Below, piece after piece: positions 1 through 8,557 of a DNA stretch of 64,000 nt; within the stretch, counting starts at the first letter, position 1; every line of letters begins with the position of its first letter. Source of the DNA: Clostridia bacterium. GTDB lineage: Bacteria > Bacillota > Clostridia > TANB77 > CAG-508. Where the stretch lies: NCBI GenBank assembly GCA_051891435.1, contig JBJFFE010000016.1, forward strand, positions 625 through 64,624, read 5' to 3'. The notes under the pieces are model-generated. The model was not told the origin of the DNA. It saw only the letters and a program-made list of their open reading frames with translations, and searched no databases. Made by a program: the position numbers and the translations under genes.

Positions 1-245
1 GATGCACGCATTATCCTTTATTTGAGATGTTAATAAGAAAAGAGTTAAACAAAAAAGTAGATATAATAAACACAGGAGAAAAAGTTGCAAGTTATTTAAA
101 AGAATACTTACAAGACAAAAAAATAGAAAGCAGTAATGAAGAAAAAGAATTTAAAATTTATCTAACCGATAAAGAAACAAATTTTTCAAATGTGGCTAAA
201 AAATTATTAGAACAAGAGGTAAATATAGAGGAAGCTAATTTTTAG
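1..245 (+). CDS. murI: Glutamate racemase, C-terminal part (5' end lies outside the window)
   Basis: Frame 3 is open from the window edge and reads CTHYPLFEMLIRKEL..., matching the conserved GCTHYPLL active-site block of MurI racemases, followed by a typical C-terminal tail. Stop at 243-245. Confidence 0.75.
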   Translation, partial: CTHYPLFEMLIRKELNKKVDIINTGEKVASYLKEYLQDKKIESSNEEKEFKIYLTDKETNFSNVAKKLLEQEVNIEEANF

Positions 246-257
246 ATAATCTATTAG

Positions 258-454
258 TGCCGTATAAATAAAATTTTTTTAATTATGCTTGACCGGAGTG
301 AGTTATAGAAATTGTTATATTAGAAAATGAGGAATGTTCATGGACAAAAGCTTTAGCTTTTGGGTCTGAATGAAAGAGGCTCATTTTCTAATATTAAAAT
401 TTCTTTTCGAACGTATGGAACAAATAATTAAAAAAATTTTTATTTATACGGCAC
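258..454. repeat. Long imperfect palindrome (about 197 nt) with roughly 30-bp AT-rich terminal inverted repeats
   Basis: gtgccgtataaataaaatttttttaattat (258-287) is the reverse complement, bar one extra T, of ataattaaaaaaatttttatttatacggcac (424-454). The interior is also self-complementary (agaaattgttatattagaaaatgagg / cctcattttctaatattaaaatttct; caaaagctttagcttttg). Confidence 0.7.
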
Positions 455-511
455 CAAAAAATTTAAAAATGTACTCTGTCGAATTATGTAATATATTGCG
501 ACCAAATTTTC

Positions 512-540
512 TTGCATTATAGATTAAACAGTATTATATT
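512..540 (+). promoter_or_regulatory. Putative sigma-A promoter upstream of the 598..918 gene
   Basis: TTGCAT (512-517), 17-nt spacer, TATATT (535-540). Confidence 0.4.
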
Positions 541-597
541 TAAATAGTGTATTCTTTAAATACAAAAAACATAAGAAAGGGGAATATATAGATTTTT

Positions 598-918
598 ATG
601 AATTCTAAAGTATACTATGGGAGCACTATTTTGGACACCAAGGACACCAAAGAAACAAATGTGAAAAATAGAATAGAATTAGAATATTATAGAACTAAAA
701 AAAGAAAAAACTATTTCTTAAGAGAAAATACCACAAGCTATGGAATAGAAATTGTAAAAAAGGAATATCAAGGGAAAAAAGTAAACATCGAAAAAGAAAA
801 AGTAGATAGAATTAGTGATAAAAAATCTAGCATTGATTCAATAATTAGCAAACTAAGAAAATTCAAAGTAACACCAATTTGTTTAAAAGATGTTGTCGAT
901 GATATGATGCAAGATTAA
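598..918 (+). CDS. Hypothetical small Lys-rich protein (106 aa)
   Basis: ORF with RBS aaaggggaa upstream. I cannot assign a family from the sequence alone. Confidence 0.55.
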   Translation: MNSKVYYGSTILDTKDTKETNVKNRIELEYYRTKKRKNYFLRENTTSYGIEIVKKEYQGKKVNIEKEKVDRISDKKSSIDSIISKLRKFKVTPICLKDVVDDMMQD

Positions 919-975
919 AAAGGAAAAGCCCCATCCGAAAAAGAATGGGGCAATTTTTATGCCAAATTTGCCAAA

Positions 976-1128
976 TTACTGAGGTTCAGGGTTAGAAGCC
1001 CTAATTTCATAAGGCTCAAGCATAGGACAACATCCATGATCTTTCCAACAATATCCTGTTTCTTCAAAGTCAAAACAGGGATTCTCACATTCCTGACAAT
1101 TGGAAACGCATTCATAAAGTTTTGGCAT
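976..1128 (-). CDS. Small cysteine-rich protein (50 aa), below the ORF-track size cutoff
   Basis: Minus-strand ORF MPKLYECVSNCQECENPCFDFEETGYCWKDHGCCPMLEPYEIRASNPEPQ. It has 7 Cys, including Cx3Cx2Cx3C, and an RBS gaaaggaa a few nt upstream of the ATG. Confidence 0.5.
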   Translation of the reverse strand: MPKLYECVSNCQECENPCFDFEETGYCWKDHGCCPMLEPYEIRASNPEPQ

Positions 1129-1313
1129 AGAAAATTCCTTTCTCACATGTGGTGAAAAAATTCACCAAAGACAACCACTAAAGTGTTATACTTTAGTATT
1201 GCACTCCGAATGAGTACAACAAAAAAATTATACAACATTTAACATAAAATGTCAAATTAAGACAAAAAGTTACATTAACATAAAAATGTTAATGTTTAGT
1301 AAAGGTTTTTTGT

Positions 1314-1429
1314 CAGCCTACCTTTTGTATGATTTTCTAAAAAATTAAATTCTCCAAGGCATACGAGGGTATTCCCACGCCTCAAAGGGCTGTCAAATTT
1401 AATTTTTTATAAAATATACAAAACGGCTG
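1314..1429 (-). repeat. Copy 1 of the roughly 117-nt intergenic palindromic element, inverted relative to copies 2-4
   Basis: cagcctaccttttgtatgattttctaaaaaattaaatt...ggctgtcaaatttaattttttataaaatatacaaaacggctg is the near-exact reverse complement of the elements at 38671, 48405 and 63260. Confidence 0.85.
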
Positions 1430-1499
1430 ACATGATACTAATCAATAATATTTGGACTGAAGATTAACCCGTAAAATTGCATAAAAAGCTTTCAAAATC

Positions 1500-1529
1500 T
1501 TGAAAAATTTTACAAGCATATGATATAAT
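1500..1529 (+). promoter_or_regulatory. Putative extended -10 promoter for mgtE
   Basis: TTGAAA (1500-1505), 18-nt spacer, TGaTATAAT (1521-1529). Confidence 0.5.
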
Positions 1530-1626
1530 ATTTTAGTTAAAAATAAACCAAAAGAGGTGATAGTAATGGAACCGAGTCCGTGTAAAAATTTAAAATTTCA
1601 TTTAGTATTATCTATGGAGGTTTATT

Positions 1627-2961
1627 ATGTTGGAAAGTGTAGAAAAATTACTTGAAGAAAAAAAGTATAAAGAAGCAAAAATTGAGCTAAATAAATTAAA
1701 TAGCTCAGACGTAGCTGAATTATTAGAAGATATAGATTCAAAAGAAATTATAAAAATTTTTAGATTAATAAATAAAGATAAAGCAGCAGAAGTTTTTGCT
1801 TATTTACCAGTAGAACAAGAAACAGAAATTATAGGATTATTGACAGATAAAGAAGCGGTTTCACTTCTAGATGATATGTATGCAGATGATGCCGTTGATT
1901 TGTTAGAAGAAATGCCATCAAATGTAGTTAGGAGACTTTTAAAGCAGTGTACAAGAGAAACAAGAAATGATATAAATAAATTACTTAATTATCCAGAAAA
2001 TTCTGCAGGAAGTATTATGACAGTAGAATATGCAGAACTAAAAGAAGGATTGACAATAAAGCAAGCAATAGAAAACCTAAGAAAAGAAATAGAATATTAT
2101 GAAACAATTAATACATGTTTTGTTGTAAATGCTGAAAGAAAATTAATAGGATATATCCACTTAAAAGATATAATATGTGCTAATGAGGAAGATTTGGTAA
2201 AAGATATTGTAAAAAAAGATGTTATCTTTTGTAAGACTACAGATGACCAAGAAGAAGCTGCAATGATGTTCCAAAAATATGACTTGACTGCAATGCCGGT
2301 TGTAGATAGTGAAGATAGAATGGTTGGTATTATTACAATTGATGATATCGTGGATGTATTACAAGAGGAGAATACAGAAGATATTGAAAAAATGGCAGCT
2401 ATTATGCCAACACATAAATCATATTTTAAAGTTGGAATTTTTGAAACATGGAAAGCTAGAATACCATGGCTATTACTTTTAATGGTATCTGCAACATTTA
2501 CAGGAAAAATTATTCAAAATTATGAAAGTGCGCTTGCAAGTTACGTAATACTTACATCATTTATTCCAATGCTTATGGATACTGCGGGAAATGCTGGAGG
2601 GCAAGCAAGTGTTACGATTATTCGTGGATTATCACTTTGTGAAATAGAATTTAAAGACATATTAAAAGTTGTTTGGAAAGAAATGAGGGTAGCTATACTT
2701 TGTGGGACAACTCTTGCGATTGCCAATTTAGTAAAACTTTTGTTAGTAGATAAAGTAACTATGCAAGTAGCTTTAGTTGTTAATCTAACATTAATATTTA
2801 CGATATTTCTTGCAAAAATAATTGGAAGTACATTACCATTATGTGCAAAAAAATTGGGATTTGATCCAGCAGTGATGGCAAGCCCATTTATTACAACAAT
2901 TGTAGATGCATGTAGTTTAATAATATATTTCCAGATAGCAACCCATTTATTAGGAATATAA
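1627..2961 (+). CDS. mgtE: Magnesium transporter MgtE
   Basis: 444 aa with an N-terminal MgtE_N region, tandem CBS region (PVVDSEDRMVGIITIDDIVDVL) and a C-terminal 5-TM domain carrying the PMLMDTAGNAGGQ motif. Confidence 0.95.
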   Translation: MLESVEKLLEEKKYKEAKIELNKLNSSDVAELLEDIDSKEIIKIFRLINKDKAAEVFAYLPVEQETEIIGLLTDKEAVSLLDDMYADDAVDLLEEMPSNVVRRLLKQCTRETRNDINKLLNYPENSAGSIMTVEYAELKEGLTIKQAIENLRKEIEYYETINTCFVVNAERKLIGYIHLKDIICANEEDLVKDIVKKDVIFCKTTDDQEEAAMMFQKYDLTAMPVVDSEDRMVGIITIDDIVDVLQEENTEDIEKMAAIMPTHKSYFKVGIFETWKARIPWLLLLMVSATFTGKIIQNYESALASYVILTSFIPMLMDTAGNAGGQASVTIIRGLSLCEIEFKDILKVVWKEMRVAILCGTTLAIANLVKLLLVDKVTMQVALVVNLTLIFTIFLAKIIGSTLPLCAKKLGFDPAVMASPFITTIVDACSLIIYFQIATHLLGI

Positions 2962-2975
2962 TGAGGTAAAAATAT

Positions 2976-5084
2976 ATGAGTGAACCAGTAACATATGTGG
3001 TAAAAAAGAAGAAAAAAAACAGACTAAAAAAATTTTTTGTTTTTTTATTAAAAACAATATTAATTTTAATAATATTATTTTTATTAGCAGTAATTGTAGC
3101 AGAAACATTAGTGTTTATGTATTTAAAAGATATTAAAGAAAATGTTTCAGAAGAATTTGACAAATTACTTATGGGGATAAACACAGATTATGCAAACTCA
3201 AAAATTGTAGATATTAATGGAGAACAACTGGCTACATTAAATGGAGATGAAAAAAGGCAAATAATTACATTAGAGGAAATGTCTCCATACATACCAAAGG
3301 CATATGTATCTATAGAAGACGAAAGATTTTATGAACATCACGGAGTTGATATAAAAAGAACAGCTGGTGCAATTTATACATATATAAAAAATGAAGGTTT
3401 TTCCTCATTTGGAGGAAGTAGTATAACTCAACAGCTTGTAAAAAATATAACAAATGATAAAGAAGATAGCGTAGATAGAAAAGTAAGAGAGTGGATATTA
3501 GCATATGAACTAGAGCAAACACTCCCCAAGGAAAAAATACTTGAAAAATATTTAAATATTATTTTTGTAGGAGCAGATGTATATGGAGTAGAGCTTGGTT
3601 CCCAATATTATTTTAATAAAAGTGCAAAAGATCTTACACTTGCAGAAAGCGCTTACTTAGCAGGCATAACACATTTACCTAATCAATATAATCCGTTTGA
3701 AAATTTAGATAATGAAAAAACAATAAAAGACAGAACGAAAATAGTCTTGAAGAAAATGTTTGAATTAGGAAATATAACACAAAAAGAATATGTTAATGCA
3801 ATTGCAGAAGTTAATAAGGGTTTAAAATTTAATCAAGGAAACAAAGTAGAAACAATATATTCTTACCACACAGATGCAGCATTAAATCAAGTCATAGAAG
3901 ACTTTGCAAAAGAAAATAATATGTCTATAGCAATGGCAAAAAGTTATATTTACTCAAATAGATTAACAATATATACAACTCAAAATACTCAAATACAAAA
4001 AACAATGGAGGAAGAATTTAAAAATACTGCTTATGTCTTACCATCAAGGACGAGAGAAGGAGAAATAGCACAAGCTGCAATGGTAGTAATTGACCATAAA
4101 ACCGGTTTTGTATTAGGTTGCGTTGGCGGAATGGGAGAAAAAACGGTATCAAGAGGGTTAAATAGAGCAACACAAAGTACAAGGCAAACAGGATCTTCAA
4201 TGAAACCTCTTTCAGTTGTAGGACCAGCCTTGCAAGAAGGAATTATAACGCCGGCATCTATATACAATGATTCAAGAACTACTTTTACTTTAAAAAATGG
4301 AACAAAATATACACCTAAAAACTCTGGTTCATATAGAGGAAATATAACAGTAAGACAAGCAATAGAAACTTCTCAAAATATACCATTTGTAAAAATAATG
4401 GAACAATTAACACCAGAAAAATCAAGAGAGTATTTATTAAAAATGGGAATAAGTACACTAACCGAAAATGATAATGATTTATCTTTGGCAATAGGTGGGT
4501 TAGATAAAGGTATTAGCCCACTAGAAATGGCAGCAGGTTATGCTACTATTGCAAATGATGGTGTATATATAAAACCAACTTTTTATACAAAAGTGGTAGA
4601 TTCTAAAGGAAATGTGGTATTAGAAGCAAAACAACCAACTGAAAGAGTGTATTCAGAAAGCGTGGCATATGTATTAAAACATTTATTAATTCAACCAGTA
4701 AAAGGAACAAGAGGAACTGCAAAATTTTGTGCAATAGATGGAATAGATGTAGCGGCAAAAACAGGAACAACAGATTATGATTATGATAGATGGCTTTGTG
4801 GTTTTACACCGTATTATACAGCTGCCACTTGGTATGGATATGATTATAACGAGACTGTAAGGTATAATGGGCAAAATCCAGCAGGCTTAATGTGGTCGGC
4901 TGTTATGACTAAAATTCATTCTGGATTAGAACCAGCAGTATTTGAAGCTCCAGAGTGGGTTGGAACGTATAAAATATGTAAATCTACTGGAATGCTTGCT
5001 ACATCCAGATGTTGGAACACTTATGATGAGGTCTTAGATGAAACTCATTTACCGGATTATTGTACAAAGCACTCATATAGATAG
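2976..5084 (+). CDS. Class A penicillin-binding protein (bifunctional transglycosylase/transpeptidase)
   Basis: N-terminal TM. GT51 motifs EDERFYEHHGVD and GGSSITQQLVKN. Transpeptidase motifs SSMKP (SxxK), SQN (SxN) and KTGT. Confidence 0.93.
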   Translation: MSEPVTYVVKKKKKNRLKKFFVFLLKTILILIILFLLAVIVAETLVFMYLKDIKENVSEEFDKLLMGINTDYANSKIVDINGEQLATLNGDEKRQIITLEEMSPYIPKAYVSIEDERFYEHHGVDIKRTAGAIYTYIKNEGFSSFGGSSITQQLVKNITNDKEDSVDRKVREWILAYELEQTLPKEKILEKYLNIIFVGADVYGVELGSQYYFNKSAKDLTLAESAYLAGITHLPNQYNPFENLDNEKTIKDRTKIVLKKMFELGNITQKEYVNAIAEVNKGLKFNQGNKVETIYSYHTDAALNQVIEDFAKENNMSIAMAKSYIYSNRLTIYTTQNTQIQKTMEEEFKNTAYVLPSRTREGEIAQAAMVVIDHKTGFVLGCVGGMGEKTVSRGLNRATQSTRQTGSSMKPLSVVGPALQEGIITPASIYNDSRTTFTLKNGTKYTPKNSGSYRGNITVRQAIETSQNIPFVKIMEQLTPEKSREYLLKMGISTLTENDNDLSLAIGGLDKGISPLEMAAGYATIANDGVYIKPTFYTKVVDSKGNVVLEAKQPTERVYSESVAYVLKHLLIQPVKGTRGTAKFCAIDGIDVAAKTGTTDYDYDRWLCGFTPYYTAATWYGYDYNETVRYNGQNPAGLMWSAVMTKIHSGLEPAVFEAPEWVGTYKICKSTGMLATSRCWNTYDEVLDETHLPDYCTKHSYR

Positions 5085-5120
5085 AAGCATAAATTAAAAA
5101 ATAAAAGGAGAGAAAATAAT

Positions 5121-6545
5121 ATGAAAAATAAATCAATAACAAGTAGAGATTTGGATTTTGCAGCTTGGTATACAGATATAGTAAAAGCAGCAAAACTTGC
5201 ATCATATTCAAACGTAAAAGGATGTATAGTAATAGAACCAAATGGATATGCAATTTGGGAACAAATGCAAAAAACACTAGATAAAATGTTTAAAGAAACA
5301 GGGCATCAAAACATTTGCATGCCAATGCTTATACCAGAAAATTTAATGAAAAAAGAAGGAGAATTAATCAATGGATTTGCACCAGAAGTTGCTTGGGTAA
5401 CAATGGGAGGACAAAAAGAATTAGAAGAAAGAATGTGTATTAGACCAACTTCTGAAACTTTATTTAGTGATTACTACAGTTCTATTGTAAAATCTTATAG
5501 GGATTTACCAATTAAATATAATCAATGGTGTAATGTATTAAGATGGGAAAAAGAAACTAGACCATTTTTAAGAAGTAGAGAATTCTTGTGGCAAGAGGGA
5601 CATACAATACATGAAACAGCAGAGGAAGCGGAAGAAGAAACATACGGAATGTTAAATATATATAAAAAATTTTTTGAAGAATATTTGGCAATACCAGTTA
5701 TAACAGGAAGAAAAACAGAAAAAGAAAAATTTGCAGGAGCAGAATATACACTTACAGTAGAAGCCTTAATGTATAATGGTGTGGCTCTTCAATCTGGAAC
5801 AACTCATTATTTTGGACAAAAGTTCTCTAAAGCATATGATATTTCATTTGCAGATAGAAATAACGAAAAAGCTTATGCCTATCAAACATCTTGGGGAGTT
5901 TCAACAAGAATGATTGGTGGTCTAATAATGGTACATAGTGATGATAATGGACTAATTCTACCACCTAAAATAGCACCAAGACAAGTAGTACTTGTACCAA
6001 TTGGAAAATCTGAAGAAGTATTTAAACTTTGTGAAAAATATTGCGAAGAATTATTAAATGCAGGAATTATTGCATATGTAGATAATTCTGAAAAATCTCC
6101 AGGATTTAAATTTGCAGAAGCAGAAGTAAATGGAATACCAGTAAGAATAGAAATTGGAGAAAGAGACTTAGCAGAAAATAAAATAACATTTGCAAGAAGG
6201 GATACTAGAGAAAAAATAGTAGAAAGTTTGGATGTAAATGTTGTAGAATATACAAAAAATTTATTAGATTCAATTCAAAATAATTTATATAATAGAGCAT
6301 TGCAAAGAAGAGAAGAATTAACATATGAGTGCCACAACCTAAAAGAGGTAGAAAAAATAATGAATACAAAACCAGGATTTATAAAAGCAATGTGGTGTGG
6401 AGACGAAGAGTGCGAACTTAAAATGAAAGAGATAAAAGGAACAAAATCTAGATGTATATTAGAAGACCACGGAGCAATAGACGATAAATGTATTGTATGC
6501 GGAAAACCAGCAAAACATTTGGTGGTATGGGGAATACAATATTAA
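5121..6545 (+). CDS. proS: Proline--tRNA ligase (archaeal/eukaryote-like short type)
   Basis: 474 aa with class II motifs (RPTSET, FLRSREFLWQEGH, GTTHYFGQ) and a C-terminal Zn-binding domain ending in ...WGIQY. Confidence 0.95.
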   Translation: MKNKSITSRDLDFAAWYTDIVKAAKLASYSNVKGCIVIEPNGYAIWEQMQKTLDKMFKETGHQNICMPMLIPENLMKKEGELINGFAPEVAWVTMGGQKELEERMCIRPTSETLFSDYYSSIVKSYRDLPIKYNQWCNVLRWEKETRPFLRSREFLWQEGHTIHETAEEAEEETYGMLNIYKKFFEEYLAIPVITGRKTEKEKFAGAEYTLTVEALMYNGVALQSGTTHYFGQKFSKAYDISFADRNNEKAYAYQTSWGVSTRMIGGLIMVHSDDNGLILPPKIAPRQVVLVPIGKSEEVFKLCEKYCEELLNAGIIAYVDNSEKSPGFKFAEAEVNGIPVRIEIGERDLAENKITFARRDTREKIVESLDVNVVEYTKNLLDSIQNNLYNRALQRREELTYECHNLKEVEKIMNTKPGFIKAMWCGDEECELKMKEIKGTKSRCILEDHGAIDDKCIVCGKPAKHLVVWGIQY

Positions 6546-6547
6546 AA

Positions 6548-6603
6548 TGTAGGGGAGGATTTCCATGTCCGCCAGAGGGCAGGGGTGGAACCCTGCCCCT
6601 ACA
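6548..6603. repeat. GC-rich hairpin element with TGTAGGGG...CCCCTACA ends
   Basis: tgtagggg...gggcaggggtggaaccctgcccctaca. The inner 22-nt hairpin is the exact reverse complement of 7226-7247. Confidence 0.7.
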
Positions 6604-6639
6604 AATGCCACAAAATAACAAAGATAGAAGGAGGAACAT

Positions 6640-7209
6640 ATGCGAATTATTTTAGCATCTCAATCTCCAATGAGAAAAGAATTATTAAAACAAATGGGAT
6701 TAGAATTTGAAGTATTAGTTAGTAACGCAGATGAAACTTTTGAAGAAGGTTTAAGTTTAGAAGAACAATCAAAACGATTAGCATACATAAAAGCTAAAAC
6801 TGTTTTTGATGAGACAGAAGGTGACAGAATAATTATAGGTTCAGACACGATGATTTTAAAAGACAATGTAGTTTATGGAAAACCAAAAGACAAACAAGAT
6901 GCAATAAATATGTTAAACAAACTAAAAAATACTCATCACACAGCTATTACAAGCCTTTGCGTTTTAGTAGAGAAAAATGGAGAATATAAAGAATATTTAG
7001 ACTATGATACAACAAAAGTATTTTTTAAAGATATGACAGAAGAGGAAATATTAAAATGGATTGAAATCGGAAATCCATACAATAAAGCTGGAGCATATGC
7101 AATTAGAAGTCCATTTTGTGTATTTATAGAAAAAATAGAAGGAAATATTACAACAGTACAAGGCTTACCAGTTCACAAACTATATGACATATTAAAACAA
7201 TTGAAATAA
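6640..7209 (+). CDS. maf: Maf-like nucleoside triphosphate pyrophosphatase (septum formation inhibitor family)
   Basis: 189 aa. ILASQSP.R..LL, IIGSDT and GAYAIRS motifs are typical of the Maf/YhdE family. Confidence 0.9.
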   Translation: MRIILASQSPMRKELLKQMGLEFEVLVSNADETFEEGLSLEEQSKRLAYIKAKTVFDETEGDRIIIGSDTMILKDNVVYGKPKDKQDAINMLNKLKNTHHTAITSLCVLVEKNGEYKEYLDYDTTKVFFKDMTEEEILKWIEIGNPYNKAGAYAIRSPFCVFIEKIEGNITTVQGLPVHKLYDILKQLK

Positions 7210-7220
7210 ATCGCAAACAT

Positions 7221-7250
7221 TGTAGGGGCAGGGTTCCACCCCTGCCCGTA
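7221..7250. repeat. GC-rich hairpin element, inverted copy of the 6577-6598 core
   Basis: tgtaggggcagggttccacccctgcccgta. The core gggcagggttccacccctgccc is the reverse complement of gggcaggggtggaaccctgccc. Confidence 0.7.
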
Positions 7251-7265
7251 AAAAGGAGAATAAAC

Positions 7266-7871
7266 ATGAAAATAATATATGGTACAGGAAATCAAGAAAA
7301 GATTGCTGAAATAAAAAAATTATTTAAAAACCATAACATAGAGGCAGAAATATTATCATTAAAGGATATTGGGTTTGATGAAGAAATAGATGAAAATGGA
7401 ACAACATTTGAAGAAAATTCAATGATAAAGGCAAAAGCAGTAAAAAAATTCTGTGATAAAAATAACATAAATGAAATCATAATAACAGATGATGCAGGAC
7501 TTTGTGTAGATGAATTAAATGGAGCACCAGGAGTACATAGTGCGAGATATGCAGGAGACCATGCACCACAAGAAGTAACATTAAATAAATTAATGAATGA
7601 AATGAGAGATATTCCAAAAGAAAAGAGAAAAGCACAGTTTGTTTGTGTTTTAACCGCATTATTACAAAATGGCGAAACCATTGTAGCTAAAGGAGTAACT
7701 AAAGGGAGCATAGCAGAAAAAATAGGAACAATGGGAGGACTTACCTTTTGCCCAGTATTTATTCCAGAAGGAACAAATAAAGTAATGAATGACCTAACAG
7801 ATGAGGAAAAAGAAGAAACACATAGAGAAAAAGCATTTAAAGAATTAATAAAAAAATTAAATATAAAATAA
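7266..7871 (+). CDS. rdgB: Non-canonical purine NTP pyrophosphatase (RdgB/HAM1 family)
   Basis: 201 aa. GTGNQEKIAE, TFEENS..KA, DDAGLCVDELNGAPGVHSARYAG and FCPVF motifs. Confidence 0.9.
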   Translation: MKIIYGTGNQEKIAEIKKLFKNHNIEAEILSLKDIGFDEEIDENGTTFEENSMIKAKAVKKFCDKNNINEIIITDDAGLCVDELNGAPGVHSARYAGDHAPQEVTLNKLMNEMRDIPKEKRKAQFVCVLTALLQNGETIVAKGVTKGSIAEKIGTMGGLTFCPVFIPEGTNKVMNDLTDEEKEETHREKAFKELIKKLNIK

Positions 7872-7922
7872 TGTAGGGGTCGGTGTCCTCGGCGACTCGT
7901 TCTTACGAAGGATAGACCTGTA
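7872..7922. repeat. Degenerate member of the TGTAGGGG GC-rich element family
   Basis: Starts tgtaggggtcggtgtcctcggcgac... in an otherwise AT-rich intergenic spacer. The right end is only partly palindromic. Confidence 0.4.
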
Positions 7923-7948
7923 AAAATAAATGAAGGAGAATAAAACCA

Positions 7949-8497
7949 ATGAAAGAACAAATTATTGAATTATTAAAATCTACTAATAGGGAAGGCATGG
8001 ATAAATTAATAGAATTTTTAGAAAAATCAGATTTCTTTAAAGCACCAGCAAGTACAAAATTTCATGGAGACCATGAAGGAGGTTTGGCAGAGCATAGCTT
8101 TAAAGTATATGAAATATTAAAAGAAAAGGTAAAAATAGCTGGTTTAGATATACCAGAAGAAACTATAATAATATCAGCACTATTACATGATATATGCAAA
8201 ACTAATTTTTATAAAATAGATTATAGAAACGCCAAAAATAGTTTAGGAGTTTGGGAAAAAGTTCCATATTATACAATTGAAGATACTATTCCATATGGAC
8301 ATGGGGAAAAATCTGTAATGATGCTTACAGAGTACATAAAACTAACAAATGATGAAAAATATAGTATACGTTGGCACATGGGATTTTCTGAACCAAAAGA
8401 ATTATATGGAACATTAGGGCAAGCTTTTACAAAATATCCATTAGCATTGTTATTGCATGAGTCAGACTTAGAAGCAACATACTTTTTTAATATATAA
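7949..8497 (+). CDS. HD-domain phosphohydrolase
   Basis: 182 aa with H...HD signature (FHGDHEGGLAEHS ... LLHDICK) and a later HESD. Confidence 0.75.
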   Translation: MKEQIIELLKSTNREGMDKLIEFLEKSDFFKAPASTKFHGDHEGGLAEHSFKVYEILKEKVKIAGLDIPEETIIISALLHDICKTNFYKIDYRNAKNSLGVWEKVPYYTIEDTIPYGHGEKSVMMLTEYIKLTNDEKYSIRWHMGFSEPKELYGTLGQAFTKYPLALLLHESDLEATYFFNI

Positions 8498-8557
8498 TTT
8501 TGCCGTCCGCAAAATCTCGTCGGGGCTTATATATTAATATGAGAGGAGAAATTAATC

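Noticed and set aside
1271-1295. The perfect 10-bp inverted repeat acattaacat-aaaa-atgttaatgt, considered as a terminator or operator.
   Set aside because: It has no adjacent U-run for termination and lies about 150 nt from the nearest start codon. I cannot support a function from the sequence alone.
5085-5120. T-box leaders upstream of proS and tyrS (36063-36095), and an M-box upstream of mgtE.
   Set aside because: The spacers before proS and tyrS are under 40 nt, so a T-box cannot fit. The mgtE leader is about 95 nt and lacks the M-box conserved core.
7292-7960. A 222-aa minus-strand ORF antisense to rdgB. Similar long antisense ORFs occur at 17774..18424, 18608..19057, 20658..21005, 30951..31403, 42312..42671, 43876..44358, 51899..52267 and elsewhere.
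   Set aside because: Each lies fully inside a + strand gene with clear family motifs. Their translations are low-complexity, Leu/Phe/Ser-rich mirror images and lack RBS and start context. They are artefacts of AT-rich sequence with few antisense stops.
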